Shown here: positions 10,623-24,100 of the stretch, piece after piece
How the letters are laid out: the number at the start of each line of letters is the position of its first letter
Position numbering within the stretch: position 1 is the stretch's first letter
Source: Plasmodiophora brassicae
Taxonomy: Eukaryota
Assembly (NCBI GenBank): GCA_036867785.1
Contig: CP145426.1
Coordinates: 558,001 to 622,000 of the forward strand
Reading direction: 5' to 3'
DNA length: 64,000 nt
Made by a program: the position numbers and the translations under genes
Notes under the pieces: model-generated
The model's database searches: none
What the model was told of the DNA's origin: nothing
The model's input: the letters and a program-made list of their open reading frames with translations, nothing else

Positions 10623-13600
10623 TTACGGGCGGCGAAGACGGGGTCCGGGCTTGTCTGGGTACCGAGCGTGGAATGCCGCGAGCAGGCGATCGAATCCGCC
10701 GGTGCCCTGCAAGTTGGAGGCGGGTTCCCAGGTGCGCTCGGATGCAGGGTAGCCTTCCCAGTCGATAAAATACTGCAGCTTACCAGCACGATATCGAGAG
10801 TCCAGGACCTCCTTCACGATGAACAGCGGTTGGTCGTCGTCGTCGAGCAGAATCGTGGGTGGCGGAGGCTGCACACGATGGGGTATCACGTTCGGGACGT
10901 ACAGTTCCAGTTGGGATGCGTGGAAGACGTTGTGGATGCGGAAGGATGCCGGGAGCAGGAGTTCGTAGGAAACCGGATTAACGATGCGACTAACTTCGAA
11001 AGGCCCGAGCATTTGGACATCCAGCTTACAGCATGGCCGGCCAGTCGCAATTGCCCCTCGACGGAGCATGACCAACTCCCCGATCTTGAAGTCGGGATGA
11101 GGTCGGCGTTTCCGATCCGCAGCTCGTTTAATGGTGCTGACAGCACGATGCAGTTGGCGGTGTAGGTAACGGCGAATGGCCGTCAAGTTCTCCACGCGTT
11201 CATCGGCAGAGGGATTGGAGCTACCGTGTTTGCAAGGACGAGGGTCGCGTAGCTGAGGGTGGTAGCCGTAGTTCGCGAAGAAGGGAGACATTCCAGTGGA
11301 CGAATGGTCGACGTTATTGTAAGAGAATTCGGCCAGCGGCAATAATGGCTCCCAGTCGTCTTGCAGGTAGCACACATAACAGCGAAGGTATTGCTCTAAT
11401 ATCTGGTTGACGCGCTCGGTCTGGCCATCAGATTCGGGATGGCGGGATGATGACAGATGGCGTTCAACGCCGAGACGGCATAGGAGGTGCTTCCAGAACA
11501 ACGATACGAACTGGGGTCCGCGATCCGAGACAATGTCGTCGGGCAGGCCATGCAGACGGAACACGTTCTGAAGAAACAGATCGGCAAGCTGATCCGCGGA
11601 AATGGATTCTCGACACGCCACAAAGTGGGCCATCTTCGAATAACGGTCGACCACGACCAGTACAGAGTCATAGCCACGGGAGGAGGGGAGCTTGACGATA
11701 AAGTCCATTGAGATGGAGGACCAGAGAGCGTTTGGAATTGGTAGCGGAAGTAGCAGGCCGGATGGTCGATGGCGAGGAGGTTTGACGCGGCGACACGTGT
11801 CACAAGTCGCCACGTAACCCTTGATGAACGAGGACATCTTGGGCCACCAGAACTCGCGCTTGACGAGCTGCAATGTCTTGCGAACCCCAAAATGACCGGC
11901 GGTAACGTTGTCGTGAAGGCTGTGCAGAACTTCCAGCTTGCAGGCCTCACCAGCGACGACGAGAGCGGTTCCGTAATAACGTCTTCTGGACGAAGGGGTC
12001 ATCGGCTTGTTCGCGACGAATACGTTCGACAAGGGAGATGCCTGATGTACCGGTCTGGAGAAAGAGAATAGCTGGGTCCGGGCGGAAGAAGCGATGCGGT
12101 GGAAGCAGCTGTTGAGACATTGCTAGAATTTCTTCGTCGCCAGGCGAAGGTTGGTATTCCGGACGACGAGTGAGGGCGTCCGGCTTCCCATGAAGTCGCC
12201 CCGGACGATGATGAATCACGAAATCGAATTCGCTAAGCAGTTGAGACCAGCGAACCTGACGTCTGTTTAACTTGTGGGTAGACATGAAGTGGACGAGGTT
12301 ACGATGGTCGCTATGCACGACAGTTTGGTGCTGATCTGAGTCGAGGAACTGCCGCCACTTAGTGAACGCTTCCACAACCGCCAGGAGTTCCTTGTCGTAA
12401 ATGGGATAGCTAATCTCGGCAGCAATCAGCTTCCGCGAGAAGTAGGCGATCGGGTGCAACTCCCCATCTGCGCCGCCCTTTTGCGAAAGGACCATAGCGA
12501 TGGCAAAGTCTTGATGAAGACGATAACGAAGTGATTTATTCCGACCGACATCGGCGTGAGACGGCGACGACGTAACGCTATGTAACAGGGGCTTGCCAAG
12601 CCGTTACCGACAACTGCGTCAGTGGCGGAGCCTCTGCCGTGGACGTTACGCAGTCGCGCACTGTCACGGCGTCCCCGTGTGCCGGTGGTACGACATGATC
12701 CTCGACAAGTCTGAGGCGTCGGTCTCGACATCACACGGTTGATGAGGATCGAAATGGCCCAAGACAGGTGCCGATGTGAACGCAACCTTCAGAGAGCCGA
12801 ATGCAGCTTGAGCGTCAGCATCCCAGACAAAGGCGACACCGTCACGCGTCAGGTTTGTGAGTGGTAGAGCAATTTCCGCGAAGTGAGGAATAAATTTGCG
12901 ATAAAAATTGGCGAATCCCAAGAATACTTGGAGACCATGGATATCTCGTGGCGGTTGCCAAGACAGGATAGTGTCGATACGGGCAGGGTCGAGGCGCAGT
13001 CCGTCTCGAGAAACGAGGTAGCCGAGAAACTCGACCTCCTTGGCGCCGAAAACACACTTCTCCATATTAGCGGTAAGACTGCTAGCCCGAAGTCGTTCCA
13101 GGACGAGGCGCACATGGTGTTCATGGTCGGCGACGTTCGCAGAAAAAATAAGGATGTCGTCCAGATATACGACAACGAACTGGTCGAGGTAATCCTTGAA
13201 CATATCATTCATGAACGACTGGAACGAAGCCGGTGCGTTTGCGAGGCCAAACGGCATAACCAAATATTCGAAGAGTCCATACGGGGTGCGAAACGCCGTC
13301 TTCCACTCATCCCCTTCGCGGATACGAATTTGATTATACGCGCTGCGCAGGTCGATTTTCGTGAAGATCGTGGCCCGACTAAGGTTGGCAAGAAGTTGGT
13401 CAATAAGAGGCAGTGGATACCGGTTCTTGATCGTGGCAGAATTTAGGCCGCGATAATCGACACAAAGTCGCAGCGAGCCGTCTTTCTTGCGTACAAACAG
13501 AATGGGCGCACCGGCCGAAGAACGGGAAGGACGAATGAAATTCGACTTTAAATTGGCTTCCAGATACTGCTTGAGGGCCACCTGCTCTCGTTGGGAGAGA

Positions 13601-15024
13601 CCATATAACCGACAAAATGGTGGCTCCTTGCCGGGCTTAAGATCGATGGGGCAATCGGAAGCGCGGTGAGGAGGCAGGCACGCCGGGCTGCCAGTGGCGA
13701 ACACGTCCGAGAACTCGCGATAGGCGTCAGGAAGCGCAGGCCCGGAGACTGAGTCCGAGTCGAGTTCGGTCCAAGTATAATGCAGAAGGTAACAAGCTGC
13801 GTCGTCAACGATAGCATCCAGAAACGGCTCAGCGCTGATGAACGCAATCGAGGTTGATGACCCCGGGTCACCGTCTGGTGAGACCAGGGGCGTAAAGAAG
13901 GACTCGTCGGCGGCGTTCGAGATCAGGGGCTCCGCAGAGGCGCCGGAAGGGAGCCGCGTGAATGGAAGATAAGTCCACCCAAGGACCCAGGCCAGGGCGA
14001 CCAAGGATGCAGTCATCAAAAGATTAATAATGTGGCGACCACGAAGCCCGCCAGAGGGGCGAGGCGGCGAGAGGCGTTGTCCCGCCCCTCGACGGACGGG
14101 TCCACGGTGCCGGACGCACGACGGCTCGGGGCCCGAGGGGAACGATGATAACGGATCGTTGTGGCACGCTGCCACAGTAGCAGCGGCAGCGACCTCGGAG
14201 AGGCAGTCATGCGCGAGGGCGGGAGAGCTAGAGCTGTCGACAACAGCAGCAGGCGGTTCACTGTGACCGGCGGCCACCGTATCAGTGACAGCGACCTCCG
14301 AGAGGCAATCGGGAGCGATGACGGAAGCGCTAGAGCTATCGACGCCCGCAGCCGGGACGGTCCCGAACTCGGAGTAATCGTCGTCGTCCTCGTCGTCAGA
14401 AGCCAACTCAGGGAGGGCAATTACCTCCACCTCGGCTACCTCAGATGCTGAGGCAGTCGGCAACGTTTCGACTGATGCCGCCGAATCAACTGCATGCGTA
14501 GACGCAGGGAGGTCTCCTGCCGGGATTGAGATCCCCGCGATGCGAGGGCCGCGATGCTGGAGACGGTGGCTCCGCCAATCGATGTCAGGGTTTGTATCCG
14601 CCAACCACGGCAGGCCGAGGATGACAGGATGCTGCGGCGAATGGATCATGTTCAGGACGACGTCACTGTCGAAACATTCGTCGACGGTGATTCGTAGCGG
14701 GGCGGTTTCCTGAGTAATTGGGGCCAGATGACGGCCGTCAATGACGCGAACCGGAATAGCACGCGATTTGGCGCGAACAGGCACTTCGTGATGACGACAG
14801 AACGACCAGTCGATAAAATTGGACGTCGCGCCACAGTCTAACAAGGCGAGCGTACTGACGCGACGTGAGCCGATAACGAGACAGACCGGTACCAATAGAT
14901 GTGGTATAGATGTAGCCGACGTAAAGAATAAATCCGTAACATGAAGAAAGTCGGGTTCGGAACCAAAAGAAATGTTTACTGGGCGACTGGGGAACCCGTT
15001 CACAGACGCCCGGGCACATTTCCC
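10623..15024 (-). pseudogene. pol: Gypsy-1 pol (PR-spacer-RT-RH-IN-chromodomain), split into three ORFs
   Basis: ORFs 12664-15186, 11947-12495 and 10623-12032 carry the domains in order. The chromodomain reads IVKEVLDSRYRAGKLQYFIDWEGY...TWEPASNL. Confidence 0.9.
12512..12707 (-). mobile_element. Solo LTR-A (copia/TRIM family) inserted in Gypsy-1 RNase H
   Basis: 196 bp, TG...CA ends, TSD AGTCT. It splits TDASD|FAIA. Confidence 0.93.
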
Positions 15025-16097
15025 GGGGGACCAGCCTGCGGGACGCTGGCGCTGGGTGGGGGCGACGGAGGACCAGCAGCGGCAGGCCGCTCGGGGCACA
15101 GCGCGGAGCGGTGACCAACCTTGTGACAGTGCTGGCACGGAGGTCGCTTGGGGCAGGACGCAATGAAATGTCCAGCCTCGCGACAATAGTGGCAGACCAA
15201 AGGTTGCGCCCCTCCGACCTCGATAGCGTTGACAGCGGCGATCGGATACTTCGGTTCGAGATGGATCGCCATCTCGAACATCTTGTCGTACTCGGTGTAG
15301 TTGTAAATGAAGAGGGCATCAGAAAGTGCAGGGTGCAAGGACATGCGGAACTTTTCCGCCAAACGGGACGGACTCAGCCTATACAAGGGGTCGAGTTGTT
15401 GAACCTTCTTGTACAAGCGCTGGAACTCCCGCGCATGGTGAACCACACTGGAAGTCTGCTTCAAATTGTCAAAATCAGCTTCGACCCGCTTTAACGACGG
15501 CTCCGGAAAATCATGAAGCAGGGCGGATGCCACGTCCGCCATTGACGCGTCCTCGGACAGGTCAAGATAAGTCTCCAAGGCGTATCCTTTCAAGGCCGTC
15601 GTCAAGATGCATTGCACAGCGTCGGAAAGCGGACTGGTAGACGTTAACGGCGTCTGGGTGATCCGCGCGAAAGCGGTCAACCAACGCATCGTCGACAGAC
15701 CGTCCGCCCCCGAAAATCGCGGGATATCGTGGGACTGGACAACAATAGGCGGCGGCGGCGGCGGGGACACGGGATGCTGCGTCGACGGGGCGACAGAATT
15801 CGGCAGAGACGAAGCCACAGAAGCGTGGAGAGGCAATAGGGAAGGCACAGCGCTGATGACCGGGGGATCCGACGAGTCGTTGCGCACTTCGGGAGACGAG
15901 ACAGCTGGCGCTGCGGGGGGGCTGGCCCTAGGCAGCGAGCCATGCGCGAATTTCAACTGGGCTAAGAGGTCGAGGATCTCCGCCTTCAGGTCGCGCAGCT
16001 CGATAGCGCCAGCAACATCCGCCGCAGCTGCAACATCCGGATTCGCGGACGAGGGCGGGTCCGACAACGCCGGAATCAACCCATCACCTCCCGCCAT
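15000..16097 (-). CDS. gag: Gypsy-1 Gag with two CCHC zinc knuckles
   Basis: MAGGDG...IPRFSG...LKQTSSV...CHYCREAGHFIASC...CQHCHKVGHRSALC. Confidence 0.85.
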   Translation of the reverse strand: MAGGDGLIPALSDPPSSANPDVAAAADVAGAIELRDLKAEILDLLAQLKFAHGSLPRASPPAAPAVSSPEVRNDSSDPPVISAVPSLLPLHASVASSLPNSVAPSTQHPVSPPPPPPIVVQSHDIPRFSGADGLSTMRWLTAFARITQTPLTSTSPLSDAVQCILTTALKGYALETYLDLSEDASMADVASALLHDFPEPSLKRVEADFDNLKQTSSVVHHAREFQRLYKKVQQLDPLYRLSPSRLAEKFRMSLHPALSDALFIYNYTEYDKMFEMAIHLEPKYPIAAVNAIEVGGAQPLVCHYCREAGHFIASCPKRPPCQHCHKVGHRSALCPERPAAAGPPSPPPSASVPQAGPPGNVPGRL

Positions 16098-18150
16098 AGC
16101 TGCGATGATACAGGGCCGAGACGAGACGAGACGATAGTCGATACGGGCCGAGACGAGACGAGACGATAGTCGATACGGGCCGAGACGAGACGAGACGATA
16201 CGCGTACGACCGAAGAGTAGTCGGTCAAAATGTGACGACAGAGCAAGATGTGTCAACCACACGGATTGACCGACTGAGGTCGGTCCAACGCCGTGGACGT
16301 TTATTGTAGTAGTGCGCTGCGGAGGAGCCCAATTAGGTGCCGGCTGAGTCGCCAAGACAGCGACTCGACCGTGACACGCATGATACGAGGTGCTGAGAGC
16401 GGGCTTCGTGAGGTAGTCTGCAGCCATCTCGGCGGACGGGCACTTGTGGACCACGATCAAACTGGCCTCGACGGCCTCCCGGGTGTAGTGAAACTGCACC
16501 TCGATGTCCTTCGTGCGATCATCCATCCGACGATAGCCAGACCAGGCCTTCGCGCCTTGATTGTCCTCGTATACGATCGTCGGACTGGAGCGTGCGAAGC
16601 CGATTTCGGTCAGGAATGACCGGATCCAGGCCAGCTGGCGGGTAACAGCACACAGCGACTTGATCTCTGCATGTGTGGACGATAAGCTAACTTTGACTGC
16701 GCCCAGGTCTTGGCGACGTGACTGCCAGTGCACGGGGCCGCCAGCCAGCAGGATGATGTGGCCGGAGCGCGACCGTCGCGTGTCAGGGTCGGATGCCCAA
16801 TGAGCGTCGGCGTATGCGATCAGACGATCTTCGGGCTGGCGTTCGTATCGGATGCCGTGCGTCATGGTGCCGGCGAGGTACTTAAGAACGCGTTGCCCCG
16901 CACGCCAATGCTGGATGCCGGGATTCGAGGAGAATTGGGCCAGTACATTCGTTATGTACGCGATGTCGGGACGGCATCGATGGGCGAGCCATGTCAGGCA
17001 GCCAATGAGTTTGAGGTACGGCTTGGTCGCCATTTCGTCGCGGTCGAGGTCGCTTTGTGGACTCATTGTCGTTAATAGGTGAACGCCAGGCTGGTGCGGC
17101 GTGTCGACCGGATGACAATGCGACATGTTGAAGTCGCTCAACACCTTCTCGATGTACTCGGCTTGGTCAAGGGTGATGGCGCCGGTGCCAGGTTCGCGTC
17201 GGATGCGCATGCCAAGCAGGGTCGACGGTTCACCTTGATCGGTGATCTCGGCCATCGTGGAGAGCTTCTCGAGAACGGATTCCGCGAACGGGACGTCATT
17301 GTACGCCAGCAGACCGTCGTCGGTGTGCACCGACATGATCATGAACTTTCCATCGCGATCGTACCGGAAGACGCAGGGGTCCGCGATGATCGATTCGAAT
17401 CCGAGTGATAACAGCATCTCCCGAAGCGTCTTGTACCAACGTTCGGCGCCTTGTTTCGTTCCATAAAGGGCCTTTTGCAGTTGACGAACTCGGTACGGGA
17501 CGTGATGATCGGTGAAGCCATCCGGCTGACGAATGTAAACATCATGGAGCATGTCGGCGTTCAGGTATGCGGCCACCCAGTCGACCTGGCGAAGATGCAG
17601 GCCGTGCTGCGCCGCGAGTGCTAGGATAACGAGGAACGCAGTGGCACGGGCGGTCGGCGCGAACGTATCGTCGAAGTCGATGCCGGGGCGTTGTCGGAAG
17701 CCCTGAGCACAGAGTCGGGCGGTGAACTTGCGGATGCCACCGTTGCCACTGAGCGAGGACTTCACTCGGAACACCCACTTGGCGCCAACAGCGATCTTAC
17801 TTTTCGGCAGCTCGATTAGCGGGCCGAACGTGTTCTTGGCGTCCAGTGTTGCCATCTGGGTGACGGCGGCGTCCCACCAGTGGCCAGCGAAAGGTGATGA
17901 GAGGGCATCGGCCATTGAGTTGGGTACGGGAATGTCGGTCGCTTTCAGCTTCGACAGGTCGGGTCGTGGTAGACGGGCTGGGTCGATCGGGGCGGATACC
18001 TTGGCTCGACATGCCTTGGCAGCGGCGCCGCGACATGTCGGACGGTTGGACCTGATGGCCTGATCGATCAGACGGCGCTCCTCAACCTGCTGCCAATGCC
18101 GGATCAGTCGGCGGGAGCGACGAGGAGGGCGCTGTGTCGGGGACGTTAGG

Positions 18151-21100
18151 GTCGGATTCTGGAACCAGGCGTCGACCGTCGAGGACCACCGTGTCGACGA
18201 ACGATTGGCCGCCTCCGGCGCCTTCCACCATTCACCAGGCGGTTGACGACGACGATTCGATCGGCGAGGGCGTGGCACGTCGATGACATTGTGGTCGACG
18301 ATATCAGCAGCATCGGAATTGTCGTGGACGTCGGGATCGGCAGCTTCGTTGGGAGAGTCGTTGCTGGACGCCGAACCTTCGTAGTCGGGATCATCTTCAG
18401 CGTCATCATCATCTTCGTCGGTGGATACGTCATCAGGAGACGGTGAGCGCGACGGTCGGACGATCTCGGAAGGCGATGACGCAGCGGCAGGTGACGGAGG
18501 CTCGGGAGGGGATGCTGCGAGAGAGGATGCTGACGTCGATGGTAGAGGTGCCATGACGGCGTCGGAAGAGACGGGCGTCGGGACGATCGTGTCAACGTTC
18601 GGCGCAGAGCTCGACTCGGGACTGGACGGTGGCGCTGATGATGAACTAGCAGGGCTGGATCTTCCAAAGCCGAATGTGAACGAGGTCTCCAGGAACTCGG
18701 CAGTCGTGCTCTCGAACGTGTCTTCCCGGTCCACGTCGTAGAACCGCCAAGCCTTCATGCCGGGCGTGAAACCGATGAACACAGCGCGAACACGACGAGG
18801 CTCCAACTTGCTCGGCTTCTTCGTGGCTGGATGTGGTCGCATGGCATAGGCATCGCAAGACACGAAGGGTCGAGATGTTAGGTAGGGCGCGACGAGCAGC
18901 CTCGAACGATGTGCGACGCCCGGGAAGGACTGATCTCGGGTGGATGTTGTACAGTATCGCAGAGTAGGACAGCGACCAGGGCCACGTGGAGTCAGGCATG
19001 CTAGAGTGGCACCGGATTGAGCTTTCGATACCGCAGAGCGTGTAGTTGACGCTTTCAGCGCGGCCGTTCTGCTCGGGCGTGTACGGGACAGATTTGCGGT
19101 GCAGGATGCCGGACTCGTTGTAGAACAGGACGCACGCCTTGGAGTTGTACTCGCCGCCACCGTCAGTCTGGAACGTCCGGATACCACGTCCTTCCTGGTT
19201 GCGAAGACGCGCGTCATAGTCCTTGATGACGTCGAGCGCCTCCGATTTGCGACGTAGCAGATAGACGGACAGGTACCGAGAGGAATCGTCCAGCATGGTC
19301 TGGTAGTACTCAAAGCCGCCGACACCGACGACAGGCCACCGTCCGGACAGATTGCTATGGACGAGATGCGCAGGTTGCCGTAACCCAGGTGGCCGGTTCG
19401 AGCGTGCCAGACAGCTGGAGCTGCGGCGGTGACCTTAGCGACGCGGCATGAGACGCTGGATGCGATCAAGGAGCAGACTCGGGCGGAATGAAGTGTGCCG
19501 GGCGCGGATGTTGGAGCGGATAATGGAATCCGGTACAGGTTATCGTGTCCTCGTTGACTGACGGCCACTGGCTGACCGACGGGCGCCGTCCAGTTGGCCC
19601 CCGAGTAGATCTTCGCGGTATCGCCGTCGAACACGATCTTGTGACCTGATCTGGTGAGCTGGCCAACTGATACTAGCGCTTGGCCAAGTCGGGGAACGTG
19701 CAGCGAATCGATACTCGTCGCCTGGACATCCATGCCGAATGACGTCACGCCTCGACCGGAAGTGGTCGTACGCGACAGATCGGCTAGCTCAACTTCCGGT
19801 CCGGTGCCTTGGCGATAGCAGCTGAGATGTCGGCGCAGGGGCGTCATCGTCGTGGAACACGCTGAGTCCAGTAGGCCTACTGAGTTCGCGTACACGTCGA
19901 TGGCGTGGCGTGCCGACAAAGCACGCATCGGCTCGGGCGCCGGATCGACCGGATGAGCGCCAGACGTTGGATACTCGTTGGACGTTGGTGAGGATGTATT
20001 GGTTTTCGCGTTGCTGTCGCGGTACCAGATGTGTCGTTGCAGCGTGCATTCGCCGTTAGTGTGCTTGGATCCGGGATGGAAGACGCAGGACTCGTTGCGT
20101 CGTGGTCCACGGGGACGCGTCGATGTGGCGCAACTGGAGCGGTTGGCCGTTTGGAACGCGTCGTGTCGGTCCCGCACGTCTTGGACCCTGATCTCCTCGC
20201 TTGTCAACGACCCGACGACCTCGGAGACACTGGGCAGCGTGTCCAGAGCACGATTGTGCAGGCCAGCGACGACGGCGTCGAGATCGGATGATGCGTTGGC
20301 CAAGATGAGGACGGCGACCAATGCGTCGGTGAGGGACAGCATCTCCGTCGGTACCGTCGACCGGACGCGATGAGCCGCTGCTTGAACTCGGGCGGCGTAC
20401 GTGGCGACTAAGAACGACAATAACGAAGTGATTTATTCCACCAACATCGGCGCGAGACGATGGCGACGTAACGCAGTGTAACAGGGCTTGCCAAAGCCGT
20501 TACCGGCAACGGCGACGGTGGCGGAGCCTCTGTTGTGGACGTGACACAGTCGCGCACCCACACAATGTCATCGTGTGCCGGTGGTAGGACATGGTCCTCG
20601 ACAGCGACCGACTCGCCGGGCATGTGCTGGACCGTGACGAGGTCGCGGACGGCGCGCACGACCGATGCCAGCGACGATGGGCTGTACGCCTGGAACAGCA
20701 CGCGCCAGCACTTGGCAGCCGAGCCTGCCTGAAACAAAGACAACGCGGACGCGATCTTGTGGTCCAGCATGTGGACGAGTAGAATCTCGCGCGCGGCTGC
20801 CTCGAGAGGTGGGTCGTGTGCCGTACCGGTTGTCGCATTCGGTGAGCCATCTTCGTTGATCCCGATGACGTCCGCGTACCCACGATTGCGAAACCAGAGT
20901 GCAGCTGTCTGAACCCAGGACGTGAACGAGTCTCGAGTACCGTCGAACTTGGGCATGGGCAGTCGGCCTGCGTCGCTTCGGCTGTGCGCCTCGGCGATGA
21001 TCGGCATGGCCGGGGTCGATGGACAGCTGGTCGGACGCGCCAGCTGCTGCTGCGGGACGCGGAGGCGGTCGATCTTCTCCTGCCTGGCGATCGTTGCCTC

Positions 21101-24100
21101 CGCTTCGGCAATTCGGGTGTCGATCTCCTCGAGCGACAGATGACGCAGCGGGTCGTCATCCGTGTTAGGCGTCACCTCTCGGCCATGGCGAGTAGAGGCT
21201 CAGCGCCTGCGCCTATACGACTGTTAATCTGAGAAAGACAATAATGGAGTGGATATATTACGTACGGCGTGTGCGGCGGACGTTACAGTGGCGACGTAGT
21301 CGCCGACGGTGTAACGGTTGCCAACGCCGGCGGGCACGGAGTCGCGGAGTGCGTGACGGCGTTCACGTGCTGCAGGCATGTGCTGCTGGTCGTAGTGGAT
21401 ACGTTGTTCGACAGCCATGTTCCTCGTACGCCTCAATGGCGATGGCGATCTTCTCGCCGAGGGTGAACCGGACGACACTGATGAAGACGATAACGAAGTG
21501 ATTTATTCCACTAACATCGGCGCGAGACGATGGCGACGTAACGCAGTGTAACAGGGCTTGCCAAAGCCGTTACCGGCAACGGCGACGGTGGCGGAGCCTC
21601 TTTTGTGGACGTGACACAGCCGCGCACAGTCACAGCGTCATCGTGTGCCGGTGGTAGGACATGGTCCTCGACACGCCCCCTCCAACGGCACGCGGTTGCA
21701 TGCGGAAGGCGGTCGAACGGACGTGTCCCGGCTGGACCTTCGACTCTGGATCATGTACAACACGACCTTGCTCGTGCTCGTATGTCTTGGCTTGTTGACG
21801 CGACACGAGACGGATCGTGGCGTAGCTAGAGCTGACAGGTGTGGCGCGATATGCTGGGGCAAAGTCGTCAATGACGACACAGAGAGGAGGACCTGGCTCG
21901 GGACGACACCGACGCCGAAGGCGCCGGCGGACAACGTTATATCGAGAAGAGGTTGAGGCAAGCGATTGAGGCCCGTACGACCGGCGTACGCCTGGCGCTT
22001 ACGTTCCGGTAATGGTTCTGGATTCCCGTAGGACGACCTGCCCTGCTAGCGCGATCTGCCTGGACTCTCTTGCGCGTGGCGCGGTCTGGAGTGGGCGTTC
22101 GTGGCGCGTTGTGCAGAAGCAGGGTCAGGGCAGAGACACAGTGACGCGGGACTGGCACTGGATGGCACCGGCGCGCGGGGCGCCGGCGGGCTCGCCGCCT
22201 CGAAGCGCGTAGAACGCGTACGACTGTTAATCTGATGAAGACGATAACGAAGTGATTTATTCCACTAACATCGGCGCGAGACGATGGCGACGTAACGCAG
22301 TGTAACAGGGCTTGCCAAAGCCGTTACCGGCAACGGCGACGGTGGCGGAGCCTCTTTTGTGGACGTGACACAGCCGCGCACAGTCACAGCGTCATCGTGT
22401 GCCGGTGGTAGGACATGGTCCTCGACAGACACCACGGCCCATCAGCGACCTCGACAATAGGAAATGCGGATACCTTGGACTCCTCTCGACGCGCGCTTTC
22501 GTTTGGCGCCATTTTCCTGCTCTCGTTGTCCCCCTAGGGTGAAAAGTCCCGCCCAAATATCCCCACCCAGCCAGTTGGAAATGTCCGTAGAGCACATTGG
22601 CGGGGGTTATTAGGGCGGAAATTACGGTAGTTGGCAACGATGTTGGCAGATTGACCCCGTGTGGATGTGCATAGGGCTTTGATAAGTTTCATCCATCTTT
22701 CAATGGGAAACGTCCACACTAATCCGGACATCGGGCCAAAGACTCGACGATATCCGGAACATGATCCAGGGAATGGACTGTAAATTCACGATACTTAGCA
22801 CAAAGACGGAACAAGTCAACGGCACATGCATCATACGGAAATCGTCATCAGCAGGATAGGAGACAGCGTCTCTAGTTTCGACAGCGACTGACGAAATTGT
22901 AGGCGAATCGCCGGGAGGTCTTGAGTTTAGTTAGTTACTTAGTTTAGTTTTATTTGTTTTTCGCGCTTTTTCGTCACGCAGGCGCCTTGGTCTCGAGTCT
23001 GAGGATCGAAGGTTCAGCAGCAGAACGCCAACATCCCCCGGCCTGGCCGTGCCGGCCCGTCACCTTTGTACTGGGTTCATCGCGCCTTGGACGATATCGG
23101 AACGGGGACGTGATTCGCTCGGACTTGTCGACTGCACTCTTATCGGACCTCTTTCGCCATACCGCCTATGCCGGGGAGCCGACATACACTTGTTACGGGC
23201 CGTTCCTTTACCTCCCAGACGCTCAAGCGAGACCCCTAATGTCTCTGGCACTTTGGGCTGCTTGATCAGTAAACACAGCCCGAAATCGTGGCTACGCGGC
23301 TCACGACCACAAGCCATACAGCCGTGACTCACCGAGGTCATCGCGTGCCCAATGACGACGACGGATCCGGTGGCCGCACAAGGCACACTGGAGAATCGTT
23401 TTTTAACCGGTCGACCTGAGGCGGCCAAAAAACTCATCACGTCGCCTTATATGAAGCAGGCCCTAAAGTAAAGCGCCGCGGAGTCCGCCACGGATTGCGG
23501 GGACTTGGTGGGGCGCTCAGTTCAAATCGCCCAAGTGACATGGCGCCGCTGACGCGCAACCGTCGTCCATCCACGGCCCTGCCGATCGTGAAGCCGCCAT
23601 CGATACCGGTAAGTCGGCCTGTACCGGACCGCCAGCTTGAAGTGAATGGCAACCTCCTAATTCCAAGGACGGGCCACCGTTAACGGTGGCCGTGGCCGGT
23701 CCTTGGAAATAGGAGACAGTGAGACTCCCCTAGATGAATCCGTTTCAGGCCAGGGATCGCAATGGAGTGGCCACGCCTATACCCGGAAAGATGGTGCAAC
23801 CGTCGAGTGTTTCAAACGCAAAGACCCCGTTCCTCTTGAACCGACACTGCTTGTGCCGTACCTCGGCAACTCCAAGAGGCAGAAAGTGGAGTCAGAACGC
23901 GGCCAGCTACGGGATGTGTGCGTCAGCCTGACGGAAAGGTATTTTGTCATGCTGCCTTTCTAATGGATTGATTCACGTTAATTAGTACGGTGGCCGATGG
24001 CAACCTGACGGACGCAGTCCCAAATTCCTTAAGGACGGAAATTCGCAGGGCTGCAATTTCCTGGCTAGTGCGAGAGAAGTTCATAGCAAAGGATATAGCC

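Larger units (their letters stand above)
10464..16376 (-). mobile_element. Ty3/gypsy chromovirus 'Gypsy-1', nested in the end of the copia RNase H; pol disrupted
   Basis: 146-bp LTRs 10464-10609 and 16231-16376, TSD CGCAT, PPT AAAAGGGGAC. Gag has CCHC knuckles; pol has protease LLDCGA, RT YLDD, RH, IN and a chromodomain. There is a solo LTR in RH and a deletion/frameshift near 11975. Confidence 0.96.
10214..21413 (-). mobile_element. Defective Ty1/copia LTR retrotransposon (gag-PR-IN-RT-RH) with nested gypsy and solo LTR
   Basis: 5' LTR 21230-21413 and 3' LTR 10214-10397 (one difference noticed), PPT GGAGGGGGCG. RT KWVFRVK...ARLCAQGF...ALYGTKQ...HTDD and RNase H YADAHWA...EDNQGA...ADYLTKP. 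The integrase zinc-finger CxxC is missing and there are frameshifts. Confidence 0.93.

Noticed and set aside
15000-20420. 1806-aa ORF as a novel copia-gypsy fusion protein
   Set aside because: It is an accidental read-through. It starts in a solo LTR, goes out of frame across the integrase core, and crosses the Gypsy-1 LTR (TSD CGCAT) into gag.
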